A DNA stretch of 64,000 nt from Balanoglossus misakiensis (lineage: Eukaryota; Animalia; Hemichordata), in contig CM082592.2 in assembly GCA_040954595.2 (NCBI GenBank), forward strand, positions 8,109,677 to 8,173,676. Direction: 5' to 3'. The translations under genes were made by a program, and so were the position numbers. A model generated the notes under the pieces. That model ran no database searches and was not told where the DNA came from. It saw nothing but the letters and a program-made list of their open reading frames with translations. Shown here one piece after another: positions 37,701-51,700 of this stretch. How positions within the stretch are numbered: position 1 is the first letter of the stretch; each line of letters begins with the position of its first letter.

Positions 37701-40039
37701 GGTCCTTGCTTCGCCACATGCCAAAGTTCAATTCAATAATGGAATCATCTTGCAAGAATCTCATTCAGACCCCTACTGTAACTGACAAATTCCAGTTGCG
37801 TACTTGCGGTAGGTTAGAATCCTTGATGCGAAATGTTCTTGGGAGACACGCTCTGTGTCTTCGATTGTTGCTTGGTGAAAAACCACAAGAAACGCCAGTT
37901 TTCTTCCGCTCTCATGCAAGTTCTCCAGCGTCTGAGTAAGCTTCAGTTGGCCAATACAAATTACAAAATTCAATTTTTGCGAATGCGTGTTTTGAGCCAG
38001 CATTCGGGGGGTCGTGAAAAAGCCAACAATTGTCTGTGATGAAGTTATAATTCTACAGACACGACTGATATTACCCTGAGAATTGATGCAGCTGGCATTC
38101 AATCAAACGTTGAAAAATTAACACGACTGGTGCAGCATACTCTTAATTGAACTGTTGGTTTAAACTGAGGTGATCAGTAAATACGCTGATCAAAAGCGAT
38201 TGCGTGTGATGACGCATCAACCAAATACAATGTAATATTCATAAAATAAAAGCATGGTATTGTTTGGCTTAAAAAATTCATTACTTTTTATAGTTCTAAT
38301 GATGTGTACATTGGCTTGATTTATGCCAGTCGCAAACACTGTTAGGCAGCAGCTTGTACATGATGTGGTAATATTGCATAATGGCCCGAACCGTGCACAT
38401 TTGTCATGTCTGTTAAAATCTAGACTGTTTCTCCGGAGAACGGTGTGTTTGTATCCAATTGTGTCTGTTAGCTACGATGCAATACTCTGAGGCCATCATC
38501 AATCTCAGCTGTAAGGGATGATGCGTCCCATGGGACAGATCTCCAGAAAAATACAAGCCATCAAGCCTTCATATCTCCCTGTTTCTTTGCTTAGCACTAT
38601 ATTTGTGAATATCCTGTATTATTATTAACCTGTGAACTCTGAACTTCTGGTGATGTTTGACATCAGCATTCCTAATTCAGGTTTGTTGGGATAAAAACGT
38701 TGAAAACCAAATCTTTGCAGAGTTGTTTTCAAGTAAATTAATTTCGTCAGGATTTTGCTTAAAAATTGAAGTACTGGTAATAGTGAATTTTATTTAGAAG
38801 CGTTGATTTCATTTTTGTGTCTGCAGATACACTTCCAAAAATCACAGAAATATTAAAGATAAATGTTGAGAGGACAGAAAAGACAGGAAGGTATCTGTGT
38901 CACAGGAGTTTGATTGATGAAAGATAAAATTCCTCCAAGGAGTGGCAGCTAGTATACCTTTGACATTTCGTATTTTAAACAGGCATCTATTTTATGGTTT
39001 GCCGGTTCGAAAATGACTGTTGGAGGGATTTGTTTGGTGAAATGCATGTACGTGCGCAAATAAAATATGACACAGTACGTTCATATGAGTGCCTCAATAA
39101 AACTTTATTGCCATATTGTTCAGAATGCAGTTTGAAAATATTCTTGCATTTGACCTTTATGAAACCTGAGGTCCGTGCCATTTTCGACTTGTGGAGAATA
39201 TGAAGTGGAGTTTCTAAAAATGTTTTAAGTGGTTATAAATTGCCTTCGCTGTCACTGCCATGTATATTTCATATGTCTATTTCCAGCGCTTCGAGATACA
39301 GGCATTAATATTTTGACACCTTTCGTCTCCCTGACTTAAAAGCTTTTTGCAGTAAAACTCTCAAGGATATCCTCTATATCGTGTCATTATGCTAACAAGA
39401 GCCTTCAACTTCAGTGCATCATTGATTATTAATCTTGAACTTGGAAAAAGAAACAATGCCGTGATTGCAGTTGCTGACAATGCATTGTTCTATTAATTCA
39501 CTTCTTGGCCATTTATGAAATATGTCGAAATATGAGCACTGCGAACTGTTAATCCGTGAACTCGGAGTGACATCCGTGTACTCGCAGCTTAAGGGATCGT
39601 AGCTGAAGATAAAAGGATTTGCACAGAAAATGCAAATCATCAGGTGTTTGACTTGAATCCTCTTTTCTGTCGTCTTGAAAAAAAAAATCTTAACTTAATT
39701 CGCACTAGCACTGGACAAACATGATTGGCTGTGAGATGAACGAAAAATTTCCCTCGGGGAATTATTGTGATTAGTATTCAGCTCATCTTTTGATTTTTTG
39801 TTGTGTGTCTTTTTCTCTTTTTCAGTGTTCAAGATCATCAGCATGTCTTAAATGTCAAGTTGTTCGTGAGAAGATACATTCCCGTGACCTTTGGCGAGTT
39901 TCTTGGCAGCTGTAATCTGAGCAGGTACATGTAAGCCTTATTTCAAAGTCAGGCCATCGCACTCCTTCTCAGAGCCGAGTGCATTTATGGGAGCATGGAT
40001 GGGTACACAGCGCGGCTGTTCTGAGAAGTGTGGAGAATG

Positions 40040-40193
40040 TTAAAGGGACATAAGTCTCTCTTTCGCTGCCCTTTGTGTGTGTGGTTGAACGTTGATTCAC
40101 TATGTACGGTATATTCACTGTGTATATCCAGTGTATTGTATCAAGCATAATTAATGGAAAAGGGGCAGCGAGAGAGAGACTTTGTCCCTTTAA
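40040..40193. mobile_element. MITE with TTAA target duplication and ~30-bp terminal inverted repeats (Kolobok-like AG..CT ends)
   Basis: Left end ttaa-agggacataagtctctctttcgctgcccttt; reverse complement of right end ttaa-agggacaaagtctctctctcgctgcccctt. Confidence 0.8.
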
Positions 40194-43100
40194 TGTCATA
40201 GAGCAGTGTTTTCACCCAGGATGATACAATAAAGGGGGTTTTGTGCCCCTTTCTGCAATATCAGATTTACGCAATACTAGATTTGAATTTGTTATTGGAA
40301 TTGCCTCATGGCACACAAGATACAGCGATATGTGAATGAATACACGACACGTGAAAATCAATTTGCCCATATTAGTATCCGTTGTGCTGCCCTGTGTGTG
40401 TTCAATAGTCTCTGCCCGACTTCATGAGGACTTTATAAACAAGATTCAGGTGGTGCTTGTAGGTCCTTGGAATTCCCGGAAAATGAAATTTAGCCCTGGA
40501 AAATTGATTCAGCTGCCAATGTTTTTTATCAGATTTTTTTTCAAGGAGAGAAATATTGTACACGATGGTTGCAGTGCGTGTACATTTTCTCCTTCAAAAT
40601 TTCTTATTTTAACTTGGGTATTTGTTGACTGCTGAAAATTATTAAGTAATGGAATTTTTGAGAAACTTGAATACACACACACCTTGTTGAATTTTCCCAC
40701 CCTGGACCCAGCCCATGTCATTTTACAGCACTGCATCATTTCAGGTGCGTTTAAAGGCTGCATGCAACGAATATTGGAATATTTGTCGTGCTTTGTCGGC
40801 ATTTAGACATCGTGAAGAGACTACATGTCTGATCAGTTGGACGGGGCTTCAATAAATGATGTACCTGCAGGGCCCTGCGTCACAGAATGTGGATTTCGAG
40901 AATTGCATTTCTACGAGGGGCGGCGGCGGCGTTGGTGTCGCAACTGATCAAGGTGTAAGCGAACGTAATTCGCGACGCAAATTGCATCAAAGAGAAAAGC
41001 CCCCATTCAGAGGAGGCTGTAATGGATTTTTTTTCTCTCCGTACCAAAGGGCCACACTTCTGTGCAATTAGATATAGTCGGATTCAGAATGGACAAGTGA
41101 AAAAAGAAAAGGGGAAAAAAATGAGCAAACCTCCCCAAAGGAAGCTTAAAGGTAAAGAACGTTAGCGTGGCTATTGTGTAGTTTCTGATTCAATTTAGTG
41201 CGATTTTGTTTGCGAAAGTCAGATGAAAAGATCATTTGTAAGTTGGCTTAGATTTTCTTTTAGTTTCATGGCATTACCGTTCCGCAGTGTGGTCAGCTGA
41301 TGCGATCTGACACTAATGCAGCAATCCTCAGCCGTCATGCACGGTATTTGTCATTCACATGCAGTTCTTGGAGACATTTTAAATTTTAAACCAAGTGTTG
41401 TTATTTGCAAGATTTGTGTTTCTCCCTTTTAGACCAAAAAGAAATGACGTTGTCATGAGGGGTATAAGGTTGGGTCAAGATTGAAAAATCAAGAGGATGT
41501 ATACTTGAAAATTTGAAATGGTTGCAAATTTGATTTTTTTTTTCCGACATCAAACAACCACTGCAGTATGCATCTACACAAATGCTTTCATCAAATACTT
41601 CCTTGTAGCACTTCTTTCAGAGATAGGAACATTACAAACGATCACGTTCATTAATACGTCTTTATTTTCTCCTTGAGATTCACACCATCGTTTCACCAAT
41701 TTATTCGACGTAAAGTGGATCGCGCGAAAATTAATGAGTAAGGATGAATTAAATTGTCTCGTGCGACAAGGTTGCCGATGCGGAAGTGTGACAGATGAAA
41801 CTGTATCATTTGGACGTGGTTGTTGCGGGTGGGAGAGCGAGACAAATGAATACAAATCAGTTGCCTGTACACCATCTGAATATCAGATTGAATTGCACTG
41901 TTTTGTTATTCCAAAATTGTACAGAAATGAGAGAAATTTCATTTTTACCAGACATGAATGATTGTCATTTTCATGCTGTTTGCCCATAAATGTCACGTTA
42001 AAGGCTATTTCAAGCGTATAAGAATTATAACTGTATCTCGCTTTTATGAACATATCAGAATCAAAAGGAAATCTCTAAATAAACCAGTGTACCTCCCAAT
42101 TAAATTACTGTTTGTTGGTAATTGACAGTTCAAAACAGCCTTCAGGAAAATGTCCAATTGTATGAAAAATAACGAACGAGAACCTTGATATTTAGATTAT
42201 ATGCAAATGATGTTAACCCTCTTGTCATTCAAACGGGGGATTTTTCTGCGTTCAGTGGAGGCTTTCTGCAATGAGTAGAGCTTTCGGGATTTCCATGAGA
42301 GTGTTCAGAATGAGAAACAACTGGTCGACGTTCAGGCTAATTATTTCGCCGTGCACTCATGTCCTCAAGCCTGTCAGAAAACATCGACTCCATAATTTTG
42401 TAATGTCAGAAACTCCGCGTACTTTTCGCCCCGAAGGAGCCAGCGTAGAAATAGTTTGCACTTTAATGACGGGATGATATTAAACGTGCCGGTTCTGATG
42501 TAATTGAGTCGAATCTTTATAAAGTCTCAAGTACTGAATTAAAGTAAATTGCTCGTAGGTGTTTTCTTGATTACTGGCTATTAGGCTTTTCATCGAAACG
42601 TTTTTTTTTGGTCCTCTGTAATTTTGATTTTATGCCTTGTTCGGTGTCCCCCGTTCTTTTTTCGCCCTGGCAGGGCTTGTTAAAGCCGACTGGAGTTCGT
42701 GTCGTAAATTGCCAGGGTGTGATTTGATTTCCGTGTATTTTAACCGTCCAGCCGCAAATAGCCGCCGTAAATTGACTGCCGTTCGTTGCAAATAGCCCCC
42801 GGGTTCGGACGAAATAGTCGAAAGTCGCCGCTGGCTTGTCTACGGAGGTTTGATGAACGGGGTAGTGGCCAGGCAGAGGTGTGATTTGCTTTGAACTCTG
42901 TGCCAACCCCGGGATAAATAAAACCCCGACATACTTCACAGAAATGAAACATTATAATGGGGTGGATTAGATTTACGTCAAACTTCGATTGCGTCCGTTG
43001 ATGTGTATCGCAATTTCTGTCGAAATTCGTCATATATTGTCTACAAAAATGAATCACGTCAGAATGCAAGAATAGCCAAAGAAACTAAAGAGTTGTACAA

Positions 43101-44666
43101 ATATATGTACTGGGTATAACACACAATCAAGGTGGAGATAGAATTCTAATTTTCTGTTCCTGTTGCCATGGAAATGCCCTCATTTTTTTCCAGTTTACCA
43201 TATCATGTAAAAAATCATGGATGTCCATTTGGTAGCCAGAAGTATAACTGAAAACTCAAATATTGGATCATTGGAGATTTTAAATCGAGTACAAGTACAT
43301 GTATGACCGACTAATCACTGTGTTTGATATTTCAAGTTGCACTCACCACCATAATTCATGGTTCTAATTTTTCCGTCAAGCACTCCATCCTTCCTCACGA
43401 TAATTGGAAATCCACTTAGAACCTCTAATCTCGCCTCTCATGCACGGGTCTTTCAACTGACTGTAAAATTTATATCGTCAAACACAGTTCGTACTACCAC
43501 TTCTGATAGCATTCATATCATGCCACGTCCATTTATTGATATTCCCGGAATCAATTGAAGAGATATCCGTGGGTATTATGGGGTTAAGAGGAATAAAGAC
43601 CGTGGATATTCTGACTGAAATTTCGGAGTGTGCGTGGATATCGCAAAGGTTAATAGGGGTTAAATGCTGGGTTTCTTTCCATGTGTGTATTATATTTTAT
43701 CGTCGGGGAAAGATGAATTGAACAAGTCAAGAACTGCATATAAAGTGTAGGGGTGAGGTGAAAAATATACTGGTATGATACAGCAAAAACAGAATGTCAA
43801 AATACACTGTATACCTAGCAAAAAATGATGGGTTATAGTATTTATATCTTGAGAGAAGATCGATGCAGATATTTGGAAAGGGAAATTAATAATATCATGT
43901 ACCATTGCTTTTATCCTCAATTGCGAAAACACCATTTGTCATTTCAGTGTTGTGTGGTACCGGAGGCTTTATCAGTGGTTTTGTGTGTTAAAATGCTGAA
44001 ATGTGATCTTTCGTTCTGTGGCCATGCACTTTTATCTCTGAAAGTAAAAACAACATTTCGGTAAAAGTTATATTGTTCCAGATTTTATCATCGGTTTGCT
44101 GTGTTAAATTGTTTGAAATGACGGATATAAACTGTCTTGTGTGTTTTTATCACGACGCTCCCGCTTATCAAGCCAGTGACGTCATGGCTACGCCGAACAG
44201 AAGAAACCGTGGTGATTTTTTGTGTTTTGTGCAAACTCGAAGATGCAGTTGTGCTCATCAGATTATGCTGCGCAAAGTCGATGCAGAAGTTCTGATTATG
44301 TATAGAGACTTCCAGATCTCGGAGAGTCTTGGCGTATTTTCTGCACAGAGCAGATAAGCCACTCCGAGCAGCCGTCAAATGCGATTGCTCCATCTCTGCA
44401 TAATTGTTTCGTCTTTGCATTCAGAGCACACTTCAAAGCAAATCGAGGTATTAAGGCTTCCTAAGGGGAAAAATTGGAGAGAAAGGACATCTGAATGAAA
44501 GCGTGGCGTTGACATATTATTCATTTTATTCAAAAGCTTTGCGGCTATTCTGTCAGGCTAACGCTTGGCCCTGTCACCTAACTTTACACTTTTCAATTTT
44601 TCAATAATTCTCATTTTAATTTTGCTGTCAAAGTTCTCAGTTGGATCTGTTCAATTTCCATCTTAC

Positions 44667-44770
44667 TGTATGTATGTATGCATGTATGTACATTACATGT
44701 ACATACATACGGTACATATACTTGTACATACCGATACATGCCCTACCAGTACATATGTGAGTACTTATAT
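44667..44770. repeat. (TGTA)n/(TACA)n head-to-head microsatellite, imperfect palindrome
   Basis: tgtatgtatgtatgcatgtatgtacattacatgtacatacatacggtacata. Confidence 0.75.
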
Positions 44771-45456
44771 ACACTGTATCTAAAGACTACGGTATCATGT
44801 ATATACTAATTAATTTTTCAATATTCTGTTTTTTTGTCAGGTGTATATAGATGTACAACAAACCGAGATCACTCCAAGTGGAATCTGACCTTTTAAGAAG
44901 ATTAACATAATTGATAACAGCATTAGTGTCAAATCAGTCTCCGCCAAAGAACTACTACTTATACTTCTGTGATGCTATCGCACCTGCTGTGGTCGGTCAG
45001 CATTTTTTGTTCATGAATAATACATCGGAATGCCACCGACAAGGTGATTTGAAGATGGTGTGGTTGTGATGCCTGCAGTCTTCACTGTATACCTTGGAGA
45101 GGTGACTGTTTTTGCACATAATGTTGGATACCTGCCGGACGACAAGATTGGAGGTTACATTTGTCATTAATAAAATAAGACTATAGTGTACGGAGACAGA
45201 TGTAAGCAAGGATCACACGTCGATCTGCAGCAAACTTTACTGTCTCCAAATTCAAAGTTTTCAGAACGACATCAACTCTCGAAGTTACACGTTGTGCCAA
45301 GAGCCACCAACTGCAGTACTTCGATATCATGTGACGCAGCTTATAGAATTCGTGAAATTAAATTCTTTTGTGAACTTCTGCTGCACGAAACGCTAAACAG
45401 AATTTTTCTGTCGCATTCTTAACCGGGAACGCGCAAAACGCGAAGAAAGAGTAACA

Positions 45457-45794
45457 ATGTGTTGTTGCGTCAGTGGCTGCCAAGTGTGTTGTCGCAAGAG
45501 CTGGATCCTCATCTTAGCAATATTCGAAAACCTGTGCTACGCGGGATGCGTGTACGGTTGGCCGTCGCTTGCCGTGGTCCTGGGGAAAATCGGTTACTTC
45601 GACACGTGCAGTAACAACACCGCTACGAGTGGTAACGACACGTCCTCGCCCCAGGAGAAACAGATTTGCCCCGATCAGGAGAGCAGCTTCAATTTGATAT
45701 TCACGTTGGCGTCGTTTTCTGTAGCTCTGAGCACGCTGCCCAACGGACTTTTGTACGACAAGGCTGGAACTTTTGTTTCGAAAATTTATGCAAG
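45457..45794 (+). CDS. SLC43A3: SLC43A3-like coding exon 1
   Basis: MCCCVSGCQVCCRKSW...ENLCYAGCVYGWPSL...NGLLYDKAG; donor AG|gtgagt. Confidence 0.92.
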
Positions 45795-48700
45795 GTGAGT
45801 AGCCGATCGCTATAAAATGTGCATACGATGAAAAATGTTCTTTGTGTGATTCAGTTGGTGTTCTAGCTGAACACCAATAAGCCGTGACTGACAGCAAAGG
45901 TGTGATTTCGGACAGATGTCTGACATTGGGCCATTTAGCGGCTAAATTGGACTGATTTGACTCTTTAATGCAGAACACCATTTGAAACATCATTGATTTG
46001 CCGATAATATTGACCAGGGAGAAGAATTCTTGTTGTCGTAGCAGAGAATGACAAAATACACTAATGAGTGGATATGTGATTCTTTTGGTAAATGTGTTTA
46101 ATGTTCCACTGTGAAAAATCGATAACTTGGTTTAAATAGTGAGAATCTGCCAGGATGGAGAATTCCAATGCATTACAAGCAGAGCTTTCAGAAATTGTAG
46201 AAGGGGGGGGGGGGGGGGGGGGGAGGATTGCATCTGTGACAGGTGACACTGAAATGAGCGATTTAGGGTGGAGAAAAACGGTGGTGCAAATGTTATTACT
46301 TGGTATGTTTTGTAAATTGTTTCTTATTGACCCAATTAACCAGCTGGAAGGTCTGAAAAGTTCATATTTAAAACTGAATTACCATGACTGACATGCCCTG
46401 GATCTCTCTCAATTGACGTAATCTGATTCGCCAGGTCTTGCCATAATTTTCGTGTATTTTAATCAGGAGTGAAAACTTTGAAACGGTTGCAGAGGTCATT
46501 TCCATCAAATGGATCGTAACTGAATCAATCAAATTCAAATCCAATTATGACTTTATCCAGTTATCCAATTTTTGAATGGGAGAAAGAAAGTGAGATGCGA
46601 TAATTAGATTTATTCACTCTCTGATCTGCGGTAATTCGTGTGTGTCCATTTTGAAGGTTATCGCTTTATTCACTCTCAGAATATTTTGTTTCCTCGTCAT
46701 TTATAGCATGAGACATGAGACAGATATATTACTGTGCTTGGTTGAATGTGGTTTGTGAAACGCTTGTGTTACTCTAAGTCTTAATGATGTTTTAAGTGCT
46801 TTTATGTAACACTGGTGTTTAATAAGTGTAAAATCTACTTATTATGCTATGGTTTAAGCTTTTCAGCTTTCTAGATTTCTTTGGCCTTATATTGGCCCTT
46901 GAATTATAAAATTGTATTGGCCTAGAGAAGGGGGGCTGGAGAGAGGGGCACATAAATGCGAGGAAGGGGGTTTGAGCACAGCGATGGAGGGACTGTGATT
47001 CAAAAAGGTGGTATGGAGAAAGGGAGTGGGTGGGTGGGACGGAAGACTGCAAGGAAAACTAGATGAACCCAAGTCAGTTTAGTCAGACAGATAAAAAAGT
47101 TTATAATATAAATTATTGAGGTGAATCTCCAAAGTGCATTCTTGTTAGCCGGTGATATTCCCTGGGCTCGGTCATGTAAGGAGTTCTGTTGGGTAGTTGA
47201 GTAATCAGTGGCATATAGTTCACTCTGATTAATTCTACTTGCCTGCAAAGCAAACACACCCACGGAATAGTACATAGAAAATTTTGCATTGCATATTATA
47301 GAGTGCTTGAGTTGACAGACATGTGCTTTCAACACACTTTTAATACAGCTTTAATGGGATTTCTGAGGTTAGCATGGACTAAATTATGAAATTTTACCCG
47401 CACAATTTGACAGGAGAGTGTTGAGTATTTTCCCTTTTTCTCCTTCACCTGAAAGCATTTCAAATGACACTCTTGTTGACATAGTTCAATTAGACTCCAG
47501 TGAAGTACGCCCACACTGTGTGTGTAGAAGTGATGTTTATACAGGGCCACAGCCATCAAATGTCATGACTAATCAGGGGATCACTTTACTGAATTTGAAT
47601 TTCAAATGTGCATGAAAGAACCGTTCTGATTGGCCAGTCTGTGCTCTGTTCTTACTTCATGTGATGCAATAGATGAACTCTATCTATGCATGGTCATTGC
47701 TATGAAATTGTGGTTTACAAATTAAATGTTCTTTGGGATATCTTTGGAATCTGAATTTTGGCCTCCTTTACATGACAGAATGCTTTTCCTAGCACAGACG
47801 GTATTGATCAAATGGCAAACGATTGCTGGTAAAAAAGAAAAGTAGATTGAGAAAACAGACAGGTGTTTGAAAGGCAGTTGTTATTTTCGGCAAGCGATTG
47901 TGGTGGTAATACACTCAGATACCACCATGCCAGTATAGTTTAACATCCACACGTCTCGTATAACATATTCATGAGAAATTCACTGTGAAATGTGGAGTAT
48001 GCCTGCAAGCCGCTGTATGTATAGCGCTTGTTGAAGCAATGAATCCCCTACTCTAATGCAAGTGCTATGAAACTGCCAATGCAGATTTAATAGTCCCGGT
48101 ATCAAATTATCGTCCTGAAATTAGATTGTCTTCCTATGATCAATTGTGTTTCTGTTTCTCCCCGAAGGACAGAACAAAAATCGGGCTATGTGTCTTCATT
48201 TTATGAAAGGAAATTAAAAAGTTTTTTTAAAAGGGTACTGTTTATTGTGGATCGAGCCTGCCTTTTGGCGTGTTACGTACATTGCTGTAATGGGATAGTG
48301 GGTGAGAACTGTGACATATGCTGTTTTGATGTGTCGGGTCGATGTAGAAAACCCTGCAAATGTCCTCGAGCAGCATTTCTTGACGTACTACAGCTAACCA
48401 TGAATAATTGAAATTATATACAATTTTTTTTTATGCTGAATTTTATCGCGGGGTAAAACAAAGAGGGAAAGGAGATGATAGCTTGTGATTAATTATTGAA
48501 GTCACACCATGCTGGCATGCGTGTTTTGATAAATTATGTAGACGTGTTTCGTTTTGTTAGTTAGACAGGATGTGTCATGGATTTTGAAGGATTTTAGAAT
48601 TGCTTGATGGTGTAAAAACAGCCCTCACAGGGAATAAACAAGTTGGGAGTCAAAATAATGAAATGTTTACATTTTTTTGCAGTATTCTATTTCTAGGTAC

Positions 48701-51700
48701 CTTTTTGATGTTTATATTCAGTAGCCCTGAACGGTCGTACTTGGTGTACCCGGCAATGATACTCTGGGGTTTTGGCGGATGCGCACTCCTGGTCACAAAC
48801 TTTCAGGTAAGTAGTACCGCGCTCCTTCAAAATAAAATATTGTAAATATTAATATTAAAAATAATATAGTAGTGGAAATATTTGGGGTAATTATAGAAAG
48901 CTTTATTTTACCAGTGTTTACCTGTATACAGATTCTGTTTTCCTGAAAATTGTGAAATACCCCTCGCACGACTCTCGTCTCAGTGGTAAGCAGCTAATGG
49001 AGAAAAAGTATGGAAGATATTGCTTTTTAATGGAAAACTACCCGCAAGGTTCATTTCGAGCCGGCGTGCCCAGTCACGATTAATAATAAGTTCATCCACT
49101 CACAATCCGATGCACTAACGCATACAAATGAGCGCTCACTCATTACGCAGACTCGAATCGGTCTCTGACTGTAGGTGTTTCTTGCGAACTCGGGTGATCT
49201 GATTAAATCAACCGCGGACTGTCATCTTTGATAACACGCTAATCTGATCATTATTAACATTTATCCAAGCGTAAAACCTAATTAGTAGAATTAAATAAAC
49301 CTAGACGTTTCCTGATTCCCAACTTCAGTAGATGCCAGTATGCAGTTGCTTCACAATCGAAATCAGTATAGAGTGCATTAGATGCCGCAAGGTATTACTA
49401 TTTGAAAATTATTTCCCCAAAACATTGCATTATTCACTGATTTTATTTTTACGTGAGACTATGCCAAACCTGCATCTACGTACTAGTTTAGACTCCTGCT
49501 TGCCTGCAGACAGACAATATGGTTACAGTATTGATACTTTCTGCATACATACAAGTTGATGCTGAGATGCTTTCAGACATACAAAAATATTTTCGACTCT
49601 GGGCAAGGTATATAAAATCCTCCTAAAGCCCTCCACACTCTGAATTTTTATGAGAGACTTTCAAAATGGGTCTGTGTGGCTTTTAAATCACCAGGCTGAT
49701 GAGAAATACACCATACCTATCATAAAAATACCCACAGTATCGGCTTTCAGAGAGGTTCTGGAGGCTATGAAAGGAATAAAAAAACTAATATATTGACCGT
49801 AGCCTGTGTATAATTTCTGCCTTCACACCCACGCCTTATAAATCACACATCTACGCAAAATGAATGCAAATGACACCCTTTCTCAGGAGAATAATTACTT
49901 TCTTGCCCACAAGGTGAGAAAAAAAGCTATCCTTGCCAAGAGAATGTCTTTTCGCAGAACTGAATGTGTGCCGACATCATTGTGTTGTAGAATATCATTC
50001 AGACAGATTGGAGACATGGGCTAATGTCAGTGCCTACGTGTTTTTTTTCTCACAAGTGCCACGGCAATAATGCCGCTCATCTCGATAGAAACACGGACCA
50101 TCTTAAGACTCTTATACATTCAGAATCCCGCACTCAAAAGCTACCCCAGAATGCCTTGCATCTCATCTGTGCATCTTATGGGGTTTACAAAATAAAATCG
50201 GATCATATCCCATGATACAGTTCAGCTTCCTACGCACAGAGAAGGTCAAGGGTCAAACCACTGCACACGATCCATGCGCCACTTGGCATACTGTGGATTT
50301 TCACACACGTGAACCAGTCAAGGGGAAATGTGGACGGCGACCGGTGTAAATTTATTCATTCATCAGGGCGGAAAAAAAACGCCGTGCAGCATTAAAGTTG
50401 CAAAGAATCATGCATAAATAATCGGTGTGTGTTCTCCATTTTCTGATAAATCTGCTCTCCAGGCATCTACTATCTAAGGGGTTTAATGCAAAATTTGATG
50501 AAACATGAAGATGAATAATCCTTTGTTTTTAGCTGTTTTGTTTGGCTTGAAGTTGTTTCCCAAAACTCGAAATCATACATCAAGCATTCTGATTACATGT
50601 ACTTCAACAGAAGCGAGAAGAAATCTCTGCGTTCATTATGCCAGCGCCAAAAGCTTGCCTTTTATGCATTTTACACCATGGGCAGTGCATTTTCATTTGC
50701 TCTATAGACATTTTGTATGTAGATACTCCACTTAATTGCTCACTAGTTGCAGGGATGGGTAATCTTATGATTATAGGTTGCAGTGAATTAAAATGTGCTG
50801 CGGGATAAAACTCGATACATCACTGTCAGAGAGAGAACACATCTGCCTTTGGATGTCCTACTAGCTGGAAGGGGCAAGACAGGAAATTGCCTTGAAATCA
50901 AATGACCTAGCCCAGTGGCTCCCACCTGACTGTCACCACGGGGTTGCCACGGTTACGTTGCAAATTCTATTCACCGGACACATTCCTGATAAAATCCAAA
51001 GGTAGTAAATCCATCTTCTGCTTTTAATTGCAAACGCAAGACCCTTTGCAAACACAGAGAGAGATTAGTGTAACATTACCACGGAGTGTCTTCTCTGGTT
51101 CAAGGTTATATCCTTGTTTCCGTGGATTGGTTAGTAACCATGGTGATAGAATGAACAGGTCTGGTTATGGCTTCAGATGTAGGCCTTTAGAAATACATTT
51201 CCATGGCAACCAGGTCATGTGTTGACCCATCCTGTACATATATCAGTTTGTGGTGATCAAGTTTCTATTAGCCTGTGATACCGGTGTGCTCTTGGGAGCT
51301 TAGTAAATGACCAAGGGAAACACTTCAGGTTAATTTATTACTTAGCTAAACTTCTAAGTTGATATGGCTGGCTAGCCCAGCACAACTTTAAAAAGCATTA
51401 AACAAGTCAATTTAGGTAATTACTGTGAATAAGATTTACACTACACTCTGCAGAAGTAATTTTACCATCTTTTCCCTATGGAAAGTGGTCATTAAAAGAA
51501 TATAAAATGTAGATATAAGGCTTTAATGAAAGTGGTGTTTTAACCAAGACTGCGGCTTAAGTCTCCCTCTTTGCTTTTACGACCGCTTTCAGATAAAATT
51601 CCATGTCCAGAACAGTGGGTGTTATAGACATGAGAGTATAACACATCTGTCGGTGTTTCAATATACGTGATGTTTTAAACAGAGTTGTGCAGTCTATTTT

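Noticed and set aside
25371-44800. Numerous 60-137 aa ORFs in the intergenic region
   Set aside because: No recognisable domains, many have non-ATG starts, there is no splice-consistent chain, and the composition is typical of non-coding DNA.
46203-46224. Long poly-G tract (also poly-G ~8524 and poly-T ~9672)
   Set aside because: Simple homopolymers of unreliable length with no further structure.
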